64,000 bases of DNA from Candidatus Bathyarchaeia archaeon. Lineage in GTDB: Archaea; Thermoproteota; Bathyarchaeia; Bathyarchaeales; Bathycorpusculaceae. Below, in pieces: positions 10,260 through 17,730 of the stretch. Location of the stretch: the NCBI GenBank assembly GCA_038871175.1, contig JAVZIQ010000003.1:1-64000 (forward strand), given 5' to 3'. Under the pieces are notes generated by a model. The model saw only the letters and a list, made by a program, of their open reading frames with translations, was not told the DNA's origin and searched no databases. Both the position numbers and the translations under genes were made by a program. Each line of letters begins with the position of its first letter. Within the stretch, counting starts at the first letter, position 1.

Positions 10260-10277
10260 GGGGCGATTAAATAATTG
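10260..10277. repeat. IS-B left terminal inverted repeat
   Basis: Exact reverse complement of 11506-11523. Confidence 0.9.
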
Positions 10278-10317
10278 TTTAATGCTTATTTGGGAGGGTC
10301 AGCCTTCCTCGTTTTGA

Positions 10318-11304
10318 TTGTTGATGGAGGCTGGCTCTCCTAAGCTGTTGTTCGATTTGGTGGATTTTAAGCCTATCCGTCATATCTTGTGGGTTGGCCT
10401 TCACGTGGATGGTGCTGGCAGGCCTGTGGTTTATGATCCTGAGTGGGATTTGAGGGCTTTGATGCTAAGGTTGCTTTTGCAGCTTAGATACGTTAAGGAT
10501 TTGGTTAGGCTTTTAAGGCGAAGCGCATATTTTAGAGAAGCCTGCGGCTATAGGGGTAGGGTGTCCAGTGAGGCTCATTTCAGCCAGATGAAGAAGCGCA
10601 TTGGCATGGATGGTTTTAAGGCTGTTGAGGGCTATCTTCGTGGAGAAGCTAATAGACTTAGGGCTAAATATCCTCTTTTGGCTTTAGGCTTGGTTCAGGC
10701 AGCATGCTTTGATGGTACAGACCTTAAAGCTTGGAGCAGCCGAAACCCGAAGGATAATACGCGGGGACTTGGAGATCCAGGGGCTAGGGTTGGAAGGGGC
10801 CCTGAAGGCTTCTATCTGGGCTATAGAAGCCTACCGTTGGGGCATGTTGAGGATTCGGCAAACGTCAACGAGAAAGATCTCGTAGAAAAGGTTTTAGAGG
10901 ATGCTTTAGGCGGCGACTTTGAGGTTGAGTTGGTTGTTGGAGACAGCCAACTAGAGTCTAAAAAGGTATTCCGAAAAGTGGAAAACAGGAAAATAGCCCA
11001 TGTAATTCCATGGAGAAAGCTGAAAGGAAGAACTAACCCTCCAGACGTGCTCACAGTTAAGGATAAAATAAGCGTTGAGGGACCTGAACACTTAAAGGTT
11101 ATATACGGCCGCTTGAGGGCTACTGCTGAAGGCTTTGTTTCCACGCTTAAAACCCAGATTGGCTACGACAACTATACATGGAAAGGCTTAGACAACGCTA
11201 CAATCCACACATGCCTAGCCTTCAGCCTAATCTACGCCGTGACAATAGCAGCAATAAAAATGGGAAAACCGGAAAAAGCAAGAAGCATAACATACTTCAA
11301 ATAG
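10318..11304 (+). CDS. DDE transposase of IS-B
   Basis: Motifs DGTDL, GARVGRG, ANVNEKD, VGDSQ and RATAEGFVSTLK (Y/R..E..K-type region of IS4/IS5 transposases). 328 aa. Confidence 0.8.
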   Translation: MLMEAGSPKLLFDLVDFKPIRHILWVGLHVDGAGRPVVYDPEWDLRALMLRLLLQLRYVKDLVRLLRRSAYFREACGYRGRVSSEAHFSQMKKRIGMDGFKAVEGYLRGEANRLRAKYPLLALGLVQAACFDGTDLKAWSSRNPKDNTRGLGDPGARVGRGPEGFYLGYRSLPLGHVEDSANVNEKDLVEKVLEDALGGDFEVELVVGDSQLESKKVFRKVENRKIAHVIPWRKLKGRTNPPDVLTVKDKISVEGPEHLKVIYGRLRATAEGFVSTLKTQIGYDNYTWKGLDNATIHTCLAFSLIYAVTIAAIKMGKPEKARSITYFK

Positions 11305-11505
11305 CAATAAACCAGGAAAAGGATAAGGCTTAAGCTGAAAATGCTAGCCTAAACCATAAAAGCCAACAGCATTCCAAGGCAAAATTCACACAAACCAGCC
11401 CTAAAAGCCCAATTCTAAACCACAAAACCTGCAGAAACCCACCCTTAAACACCCAATAAACCACTCAAAAACCAAAAATCGAAAACAATCAAACAACCCC
11501 AAAAG

Positions 11506-11523
11506 CAATTATTTAATCGCCCC
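11506..11523. repeat. IS-B right terminal inverted repeat
   Basis: Exact reverse complement of 10260-10277. It supplies the stop codon of the truncated IS-A transposase ORF. Confidence 0.9.
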
Positions 11524-12382
11524 GCTCTAGCTTTGAGGCTTTGAATGCCCTTTCAACAGGCATCCTACGCTTATAAAGCTCAACAAGCCTTTTTTCGCCC
11601 TTAACCCTGAAACGCTTAGTCACGTATAAGCGTATTAATGGCTCCTTAACCTTCGAAGAGTGGGGTATTACTGGTTCAGCTCCATAACTACTTATCGTCT
11701 TGAAGACTTCTTCTGAATAGTATTGGCTGTCTGCTATGAAGTGGCTAATGCCCTTTCCATAACGCTTCAGAAGCTTCGAAGCCCTATCCATTAATGGCCT
11801 AACCGCTACTTTGTCATTTACGTTAGCCGCTCGTACGATGTAGGTTATGGGCAAAGTCTTCATACATACAAGCGTGTGGCTTCTCCATCCAAGCTTGTAA
11901 CTTCGCCTATCAGCCCTGCCAACCCTAGCGCCCCTATCGCTTATTCCGCCCTTCCTACCACGCCTAGAATAAGTCTTCATAAAAGTGCTGTCAGTACTAA
12001 CCATAATTAAATCTGAAGCGTCTATTATGGCCATGTTGAAAGCTTGATTTAGAAAATCGTTGAAGAGCTTCTCAATGTTTTCAGGCCTAGCACGAGTAAT
12101 AAACTTGCTGAAAGTTGAATGGTCTGGAGTTCTATCACCAAACTCGCATATTTCACGGGCATACTGACGCCTCTCAAGCCTCCTGCAAAGCTTCCTAACC
12201 GAAGGAATGGCCTCAAAACGCATAAACATCAAAGCCAACAACATGGAACGCACACTAAAGCGAGGCCTACCACGACCGCTATCAGCGTACTCAGCCTCAA
12301 TAAGGCTTACAGTTACGCTTATATCGATATTGGAGAACAATAACTTGAGGGTGTCAAGGGGTAACCCGAGAAATCGGTTCAA
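11524..12382 (-). pseudogene. IS-A DDE transposase, C-terminally truncated by IS-B
   Basis: TTG start with SD GGAGGTGA. Motifs DSTF, GARVGRAD, ANVNDK, ADSQYY, RMPVERAFKASK. The native sequence stops at ...KASKLE, and the last codons plus stop (RGD*) come from the IS-B repeat. About 50 C-terminal residues are missing relative to IS-B. Confidence 0.8.
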
Positions 12383-12434
12383 ACCAGGTTATCACCTCCA
12401 TTTGGACTTGATTTAATTACCCCTTGACACCCTC
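12347..12434 (-). promoter_or_regulatory. Perfect 15-bp inverted repeat bracketing the SD and TTG start of the IS-A transposase
   Basis: GAGGGTGTCAAGGGG (12347-12361) and CCCCTTGACACCCTC (12420-12434), 58 nt apart. The SD (12392-12399) and the start codon (12380-12382) lie between the arms. Confidence 0.6.
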
Positions 12435-12507
12435 ACCCTATAAACCTTAACTAAACCAAAAACAAACTCTTTTAAAGAAAAAATCTGAAAAAAGATTTTT
12501 CAACACT

Positions 12508-12514
12508 TATGCGC
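12508..12514. repeat. Right copy of the 7-bp direct repeat TATGCGC
   Basis: Identical to 10253-10259. Confidence 0.65.
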
Positions 12515-12738
12515 ATGGTTAAACGGATATGTTCACGCTTCAAACCTTCATATTCGATATTAGAGGTGGGCTGAGGTTGTCCTTTAAGCTTTGCAAGCTC
12601 AGCTTTTAACAGCTCGTTAACAACTTCATTAAGGGTTTTGTTTTGCATTACCACGATAGGTTTAAGCTCGTCAATTATGTCGGCTTCCACCGCGAAGCTT
12701 CGAATGCGTAAAGGGTTATCATACTTACGTGAAGGCAT
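12508..12738 (-). pseudogene. N-terminal part (77 codons) of the IS-interrupted ribbon-helix-helix gene
   Basis: MPSRKYDNPLRIRSFAVEADIIDELKPIVVMQNKTLNEVVNELLKAELAKL has an RHH/CopG-like pattern (beta strand, then two helices). ORF 12472-12738 in the track continues into IS-A sequence after ...LTMRI. Confidence 0.7.
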
Positions 12739-12775
12739 GTTTTACTCTTCAATAGAAAAATATGTTGTTAGTTTG

Positions 12776-12832
12776 CCAACTGAATATGTATGTGAAATTG
12801 AAGGTGCCAAGCTTTTCCGCAAACGTAAATAA
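12776..12832 (+). pseudogene. Relic of a second integrase gene (last 18 codons only)
   Basis: PTEYVCEIEGAKLFRKRK* matches the C-terminus GFEYVCEVEGVKLFRKRK* of integrase 6699-7265, at roughly three-quarters nucleotide identity by eye. It lies convergent to tRNA-Ser, just as the full integrase lies relative to tRNA-Gly. Confidence 0.65.
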
Positions 12833-12870
12833 AATACACAGCGGGGGTTCATTAAAAACAATGTTGAAAG

Positions 12871-12969
12871 CGCCGGGGGTGGGATTTGAACCCACGCGGC
12901 CCAAAGGGCCACAGGCTTCCAAGCATATAGTCTCCAGGCCTGCTCCCTACCTGACTAGGAGACCCCGGC
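12871..12969 (-). tRNA. tRNA-Ser (GGA) with a 14-nt intron at or near position 37/38
   Basis: Acceptor GCCGGGG/CCCCGGC, long variable arm TGGCCCTTTGGGCCGC, T arm GTGGG-TTCAAAT-CCCAC. The anticodon stem CAGGC/GCCTG encloses 21 nt, which is a 7-nt loop CTGGAGA plus 14 extra nt. Confidence 0.8.
12918..12931 (-). other. tRNA-Ser(GGA) intron (ACTATATGCTTGGA in RNA sense)
   Basis: Inferred from the excess length between the two anticodon-stem halves. The exact boundaries are ambiguous by 1 nt, and I could fold only a relaxed BHB. Confidence 0.55.
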
Positions 12970-13101
12970 TTAAACTTTTACTCTTCTTATCAAATATTTG
13001 TCTGCTCTAAATTTTCTCTTCTGAGAATTTATTTATTCTGTTAGAAGCGTTTGAATTTTTCATTATTTAATGTGCTTTGTTAAAACCTATTCTAGGCGTT
13101 T

Positions 13102-13716
13102 TTAGCTATTTTGTTTTTCTGACAATAGAACGCGGTAGCCGCTTTCTCTAGCTATTATTTCTAAGTTTCCGAAGGTTTCTCTGAATGTTTGCATGAGTCT
13201 TTCGCCGACAACTTTTGATTTTAAGACTATTTGGAGTGTGGCTTTTTCCGCCATGTGCTCTGGAGCTTGAAATATTATTTTTTTAATAGTGGTCAGTCCG
13301 GCGCTTACTGGGGGGTTTGAAAGTATGCAGTTGAAAACCATGTCTTTTACGGGTTCGTAGAGGTTGCCTCTTCTAACCTCAACGTTGGCCGCTTTGTTCA
13401 GGGCTATGTTTCTTTTTGCAAGCATGACGGCACGTTGGTTTAGGTCTATCATGACCACTTGGAGGTTTGGGTTGAAGGTTGCAGCTGCTATTCCAACAGC
13501 TCCGTAGCCGCATCCTATGTCTAGAACGTAGCCCTTTTCAGGAAGCCTCATTGCCTCTATAAGAAGCTTTGTCCCTGGGTCTAAACGTTTTTTGGAGAAC
13601 ACTCCTGAAGCTGTTAGGAATTTGTAGGGTTTCCCCCTTAGGTAAGTGTGGATAACTCCGAATTTCAGCTTGGATTTTGGATGGGATGTGAAGTAGTGGT
13701 TAGCCTTTTCAGGCAT
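13102..13716 (-). CDS. Class I SAM-dependent methyltransferase (RsmC/MTS small-domain type)
   Basis: VLDIGCGYGAVGI (motif I) and ILSNPPV (NPPY-like motif IV). The stop abuts the cbf5 stop region. Confidence 0.8.
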   Translation of the reverse strand: MPEKANHYFTSHPKSKLKFGVIHTYLRGKPYKFLTASGVFSKKRLDPGTKLLIEAMRLPEKGYVLDIGCGYGAVGIAAATFNPNLQVVMIDLNQRAVMLAKRNIALNKAANVEVRRGNLYEPVKDMVFNCILSNPPVSAGLTTIKKIIFQAPEHMAEKATLQIVLKSKVVGERLMQTFRETFGNLEIIARESGYRVLLSEKQNS

Positions 13717-14791
13717 TTAGATCTCGCCGCTTCTCCAGCATTTGGGGTATGTGCCCCGAGGCATTAAAACCCTTCTCGTTTTAGCAACAACTCCATGTTC
13801 CATTTTTAGGATATCCTCTGTTGAGGATTGAGCTGTTGCCAGGGCTACAGCTTCCCCTTTAAGGGTGAAAAGGGCAACAGCTGAACCGGTTTTTATTCCA
13901 GTTTCAATTGATAAAACTCCTGGAGCGGTTAGGTTTGCCCCATGGCATATGGCGTCCACAGCTGAGTCTCTTATGTAAATTTTCGGTACTAGGGCTAAGG
14001 CCTTCTCCATTGGCTTGATGAAACTTTTAAGCTTCACGTCTTCTTTCTTCTCTTGCCATTCCATAAACATGTAAGCCACGTCATGGAGGGTTACAATGTT
14101 TTCATCTTCCACGAAGGGACCAGCTCTTGTTCTTCGAAGCTCCTGCATGTGAGCCCCGCATCCTAGAACTTCGCCTATGTGGTGGCAGAGCATGCGTATG
14201 TATGTTCCCCCTTCACATCCAACCCTGAAAAGCACACTTCGCCTTTCCATCTCTAAGAAATCCAAATAGTATATTTTCCTCGTCCTAAGATGACGTTTAA
14301 CAGAAGCCCTGAGGGGAGGCCTCTGATAAATAGTGTCCTCAAAAATTTTTAAGACTTCCCTAACTCTCTCTTCTTGGATGTCGCCGTGAAGCTTCATTAG
14401 GCAAACGTATTCTTTTCCGCTTAACAGCAGTGCCTGAACAATTTTTCTAGACTCTTCAAGAGTTATAGGCAGAACACCGGTCACGTTGGGATTTCTCCGG
14501 CGTTAAAGCCTCAAGAGTCCCTCCGTGACCTATGCTCTTAAGGTTTAATATGCGTTTAACCCATGCAGCCACTTCGTGGCTTGTTGGGCCTGCAGGCTTG
14601 TCAAGGTTTATGACGCCGTATTTGATGTGTTCAACTGCAGGCCGCTGTTCAGGGGGACACCCATATTTCGGGTCTGTTTCTCCTTCAGCCTTCACAATTA
14701 GCTTACGTTCAATTTCCCATGGAGCAGCACTTCTAGGCAAATATGTGGACACCTCTATGCAAAGGATAAAATGGCTTAAACCTAAAAACAT
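13717..14791 (-). CDS. cbf5: Cbf5 (H/ACA RNP pseudouridine synthase, TruB family), interrupted by a 19-nt BHB intron at 14493-14511
   Basis: Exon 1 ends ...GVINLDKPAGPTSHEVAAWVKRILNLKSIGHGGTL. Exon 2 reads DPNVTGVLPITLEESRKIV...PUA domain. Exon lengths are 280 + 776 nt = 352 codons after removing the 19 nt. The N-terminal start is uncertain (ATG 14791 or an internal GTG). Confidence 0.9.
14493..14511 (-). other. Bulge-helix-bulge intron in the cbf5 pre-mRNA
   Basis: RNA sense: GGGA-CUCU-[UGA]-GGC-UUUAAC-GCC-GGAG-[AAA]-UCCC, extended by an outer helix GGUCACG/CGUGACC. There are two 3-nt bulges on opposite strands, 4 bp apart. Cutting after the second nt of each bulge gives CUUG|AUCCC = L-D-P. 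Confidence 0.85.
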
Positions 14792-14793
14792 GT

Positions 14794-15126
14794 CTATTTA
14801 ATCTTGGCCTCAGCTAAGGCAGGTTTAACCGGCTGAGCCATTTCCTCAAGCAGGCCTGCCTCCTTTAAAGCCTTTTCCACATCCTCGTCGGATGCACCTC
14901 TCCTAACATCCACTTTAGCTGGAAGAGGCTCCAAATGGCTTGTGTTAGCCCTTCTCCGCCTAACCCCTGTCACTTTTTTAGGGCCGGTTACAAGTACGAA
15001 GTTCTTATCCATCACATCAACTATTACGCATTTCCTTCCAGCCTCTCTTCCTGAAATTTTCACGCAGATTCTACCTATCTCTATTGCCGGCATGGCTGTG
15101 CCACCTCTCTTTAGGAAACACAACAT
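14794..15126 (-). CDS. rpl14e: Ribosomal protein L14e
   Basis: [27 protein letters not shown]...[13 protein letters not shown] (KOW-like L14e signature). The likely true start is the internal ATG at 15093. Confidence 0.9.
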   Translation of the reverse strand: MLCFLKRGGTAMPAIEIGRICVKISGREAGRKCVIVDVMDKNFVLVTGPKKVTGVRRRRANTSHLEPLPAKVDVRRGASDEDVEKALKEAGLLEEMAQPVKPALAEAKIK

Positions 15127-15183
15127 TCACACATATATTTTTAACTTTGCCTTCAGAAAAGTTTGCGTATTAGGTTTCTAGGC

Positions 15184-16542
15184 TTACGCCATGAAGCGTT
15201 CCACCACATTGTATAGGACACTTGTGCCGAAAACAAGGTTTTTAATCGATATACGCTCGTCCAAGCCGTGGACCATTTTCAAGATTTCCCCGTATGGAAG
15301 GTCTGAAAGGACTGGCTGGAAGCCATAGCACACGGCGCCCATAGACCTGAAGAATCGGGAGTCTGTTCCTCCTGTCAGCATAAATGGGGCCACTGCACAT
15401 TCAGGCTCAAATTCTTTCAGAACCTCCACTATACTCCTGTACAGGGGCGTGTCTGTTGGAGATTCAGAGGGCTCGTTAGCCTGCACTTTTTCAAACTCTA
15501 TTTTTTCATGGTCTAAATCCTTTAAGAGCCCTTTAATCTCGTTTAGGGCTTGTGTGGTGCTTTGTCCTGGAAGTATTCTGCAGTCGAAAACTGCCTCGCA
15601 TATTGATGGAATTATGTTTTCCTTCACCCCTCCATGTATCATTGTAGGTGCAATGGTCATTCTGAGCATTGCTCGAAGCTCTTCAGCCATGGCTTCGTCC
15701 TTTTCTGCAAAAGCGTCTAAAACCTCATCGCCTAAAGCTGGATTTTGAAGAAGCGTTTTTATGGCTTGTCCTGCATGCTTGTTTTCTTCAGCCATTACTT
15801 TTAAAAACTGTTCGACAGTGGGCACAAGCATAATTTTGGCACGGTGCTTTCCCAGCTTCTCAACAATTCTATTCATTCTTAGGATGGCGTTGTCAGCTGC
15901 CCCTGGAATAGACCCATGTCCAGGCCTTCCCTTAGCCTTAACCTTAAACCATAAAATTCCCTTCTCTGCTGTTTGAATTGTGAAAACATTTTTTCCATTT
16001 AAGGGAATAGCCTGTCCTCCTCCCTCATTTATAACATATTCCGCTTCCACCTTCTCCCTTTGGCTTCTCACAAGCCATCCTGCTCCAGCCTCTCCGCCCC
16101 TTTCCTCGTCAGCTGTGGCTGCAAGTATTATGTCTCCCTTTGGCTTCACATTGTTCCGCTTCAGAAGCTTCATAACCATTACTTCCATGGCTGTCATGGA
16201 CTTCATGTCCATGGCTCCCCTACCCCAAACAAAGCCGTCCTTAACAACTCCTGAAAAGGGATCAACTCTCCACTCTGCAGAATTTGCAGCTACAACGTCT
16301 AAGTGGGAAAGCAGAAGAAGCCTTGGCTTTTCACTCTTCCCCTTTAAGCGTGTAATAACGTTTCCCCTTCCAGGAGCAGACTCTAAAACCTCACATTCAT
16401 AACCATCCTTCTCCAAAATTTCAGCCAAGTACTTGGCGGCTGCAGTTTCATTTCCAGGAGGGTTTGTGGTGTTTATCCTTATTAAATCACTCAATAACCT
16501 TGTAACTTCCTCTTCCACATCCAAAATTAACTGAGCCTTCAT
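15184..16542 (-). CDS. M20-family metallopeptidase (ArgE/DapE/CPG2-like)
   Basis: LLLLSHLDVV, GRGAMDMKS and ADEERGG metal-ligand motifs. 452 aa. Confidence 0.85.
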   Translation of the reverse strand: MKAQLILDVEEEVTRLLSDLIRINTTNPPGNETAAAKYLAEILEKDGYECEVLESAPGRGNVITRLKGKSEKPRLLLLSHLDVVAANSAEWRVDPFSGVVKDGFVWGRGAMDMKSMTAMEVMVMKLLKRNNVKPKGDIILAATADEERGGEAGAGWLVRSQREKVEAEYVINEGGGQAIPLNGKNVFTIQTAEKGILWFKVKAKGRPGHGSIPGAADNAILRMNRIVEKLGKHRAKIMLVPTVEQFLKVMAEENKHAGQAIKTLLQNPALGDEVLDAFAEKDEAMAEELRAMLRMTIAPTMIHGGVKENIIPSICEAVFDCRILPGQSTTQALNEIKGLLKDLDHEKIEFEKVQANEPSESPTDTPLYRSIVEVLKEFEPECAVAPFMLTGGTDSRFFRSMGAVCYGFQPVLSDLPYGEILKMVHGLDERISIKNLVFGTSVLYNVVERFMA

Positions 16543-16606
16543 AAAACCGCCTTCTAAGATGGATATTTAGGGTTACCCACTTAAAATTTTGTTTGCTTTA
16601 AACCAT

Positions 16607-17011
16607 TTAACATGTTATGTGGAATGCCCCTGCAACACGCCTGCCTGCCTTTAAAAGTTCATTAAAGGTTTTGCAAGCCTCCTTTGTGGGTTGTTTTAAC
16701 AGTTTAATGCCCATACTCTTAAGGGCGCTTTCAACTTCTGGGTTAACCCTTACAAGTCCAGAGTAGCCTGTTCCGATGACTAAAACTTCAGGGATGGGTT
16801 TACAGTTGAGAACTTCCCTTAAATCTTCAAGGTGAATCCTATGGCCCTCTTTCCTCCACCAGCCTTCAATAACCCTTTCAGGGAAAACTATCACGTCGCT
16901 TCTGTATTGTTTTCCATTTATAACAATTAATCCGAAATCATATGATTCAATCAACTTCGCCACCAAAATTGATTTTACATCTTCAACAATAATAACATTT
17001 AGGGTTGACAA
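16607..17011 (-). CDS. MTH938-domain (DUF498) protein
   Basis: IESYDFGLIVINGKQYRSDVIVFPERV...PEVLVIGTGYSG. The probable true start is the TTG at 16954 (M-IESYDFG), which leaves a 61-bp divergent intergenic region. Confidence 0.6.
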   Translation of the reverse strand: MSTLNVIIVEDVKSILVAKLIESYDFGLIVINGKQYRSDVIVFPERVIEGWWRKEGHRIHLEDLREVLNCKPIPEVLVIGTGYSGLVRVNPEVESALKSMGIKLLKQPTKEACKTFNELLKAGRRVAGAFHITC

Positions 17012-17015
17012 AGCC

Positions 17016-17594
17016 TTGAAGTTGCTTCCTAAAGAGTTCTATGAGAGGGATCCCGCTGTTGTAGCCTGTGAGCTTCTAGGAAAGGTTCTGGTAAGAAAGC
17101 TTGAAGGCGAAATTCTAAGCGGAAAAGTTGTTGAGACAGAAGCCTACTATGGAGAAGAGGATCCTGCATCTAAAGCCTATAAGGGGGAAAAGAGGTTTAA
17201 CCAGTTAATGTTTTGCCCTGCTGGAAAACTCTTCATTTACATGGTTCATGGAAACTGGCTTCTCAACATAGTTTCCCACCCAGAAGGAGGGGTTGGCGCA
17301 GTTTTAATAAGGGCTTTAGAGCCCATTTCAGGAGTGGAAACTATGATTAAAAATAGGGGTGTAAAAAAGTTAGAGTGTTTAACCAGCGGCCCTGGAAGGC
17401 TTACAAAGGCGCTGGCGGTAACAAATGAGCTGAACGGTGAAGACGTAACCTCGGAAAACAGCAGGTTGACCGTGGCTGAGGGCATGCCTGAAAGCTTCCA
17501 AATTGCCTCAACCCATAGGATAGGTGTAAAATTCGACCTTCCCCAACCACTCCGTTTTTACATAAAAGGAAACAGGCACGTTTCCAAAGGTTGA
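17016..17594 (+). CDS. mpg: DNA-3-methyladenine glycosylase (AAG/Mpg family)
   Basis: FYERDPAVVACELLGKVLV, VETEAYYGEEDPASKAY, GKLFIYMVHGNWLLNIV, AVLIRALEP. Confidence 0.85.
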   Translation: MKLLPKEFYERDPAVVACELLGKVLVRKLEGEILSGKVVETEAYYGEEDPASKAYKGEKRFNQLMFCPAGKLFIYMVHGNWLLNIVSHPEGGVGAVLIRALEPISGVETMIKNRGVKKLECLTSGPGRLTKALAVTNELNGEDVTSENSRLTVAEGMPESFQIASTHRIGVKFDLPQPLRFYIKGNRHVSKG

Positions 17595-17730
17595 AATTTA
17601 GAAACCCTTGAAAACCCTGAAAATTGAGCTGAGCTTCGAAAGTATTAGACTAAACCTTATTATGGCTGTATTCCTTTAGGTTTCTTTAACACTTATTTAT
17701 AAAGGCATGTAACTATATATAGGGGTTTTA

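Larger units (their letters stand above)
10260..11523 (+). mobile_element. Complete IS element (IS4/IS5-type DDE transposase), here called IS-B
   Basis: Perfect 18-bp terminal inverted repeats GGGGCGATTAAATAATTG (10260-10277) and CAATTATTTAATCGCCCC (11506-11523) enclose one transposase ORF. Length is 1264 bp. Confidence 0.85.
11524..12507 (-). mobile_element. Truncated IS (IS-A), related to IS-B; one end and the transposase C-terminus are missing
   Basis: Its transposase ORF runs into the IS-B inverted repeat. The outer end at about 12507 is defined by homology to the relic at 50.1-50.46 kb and by the flanking TATGCGC repeat. Confidence 0.7.

Noticed and set aside
12638-12832. The 64-aa ORF listed in the track, considered as a gene.
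   Set aside because: Only its last 18 codons resemble anything (an integrase C-terminus). The upstream part is antisense to the RHH gene. I treat it as a relic, not a gene.
12840-12870. GCGGGGGTTCATTAAAA between the integrase relic and tRNA-Ser, as a possible decayed attR copy of the tRNA-Gly T-arm (GGGTTCAAATCCC).
   Set aside because: Only 7-8 contiguous matching bases (GGGTTCA), which is too short to distinguish from chance.
14456-14515. The tail ...EALTPEKSQRDRCSAYNS* of ORF 14456-14791, read as a genuine C-terminus (a truncated Cbf5 pseudogene).
   Set aside because: The 19 nt that cause the frame change fold into a canonical BHB, and their removal recreates the catalytic motif. Splicing explains the data better than gene decay.
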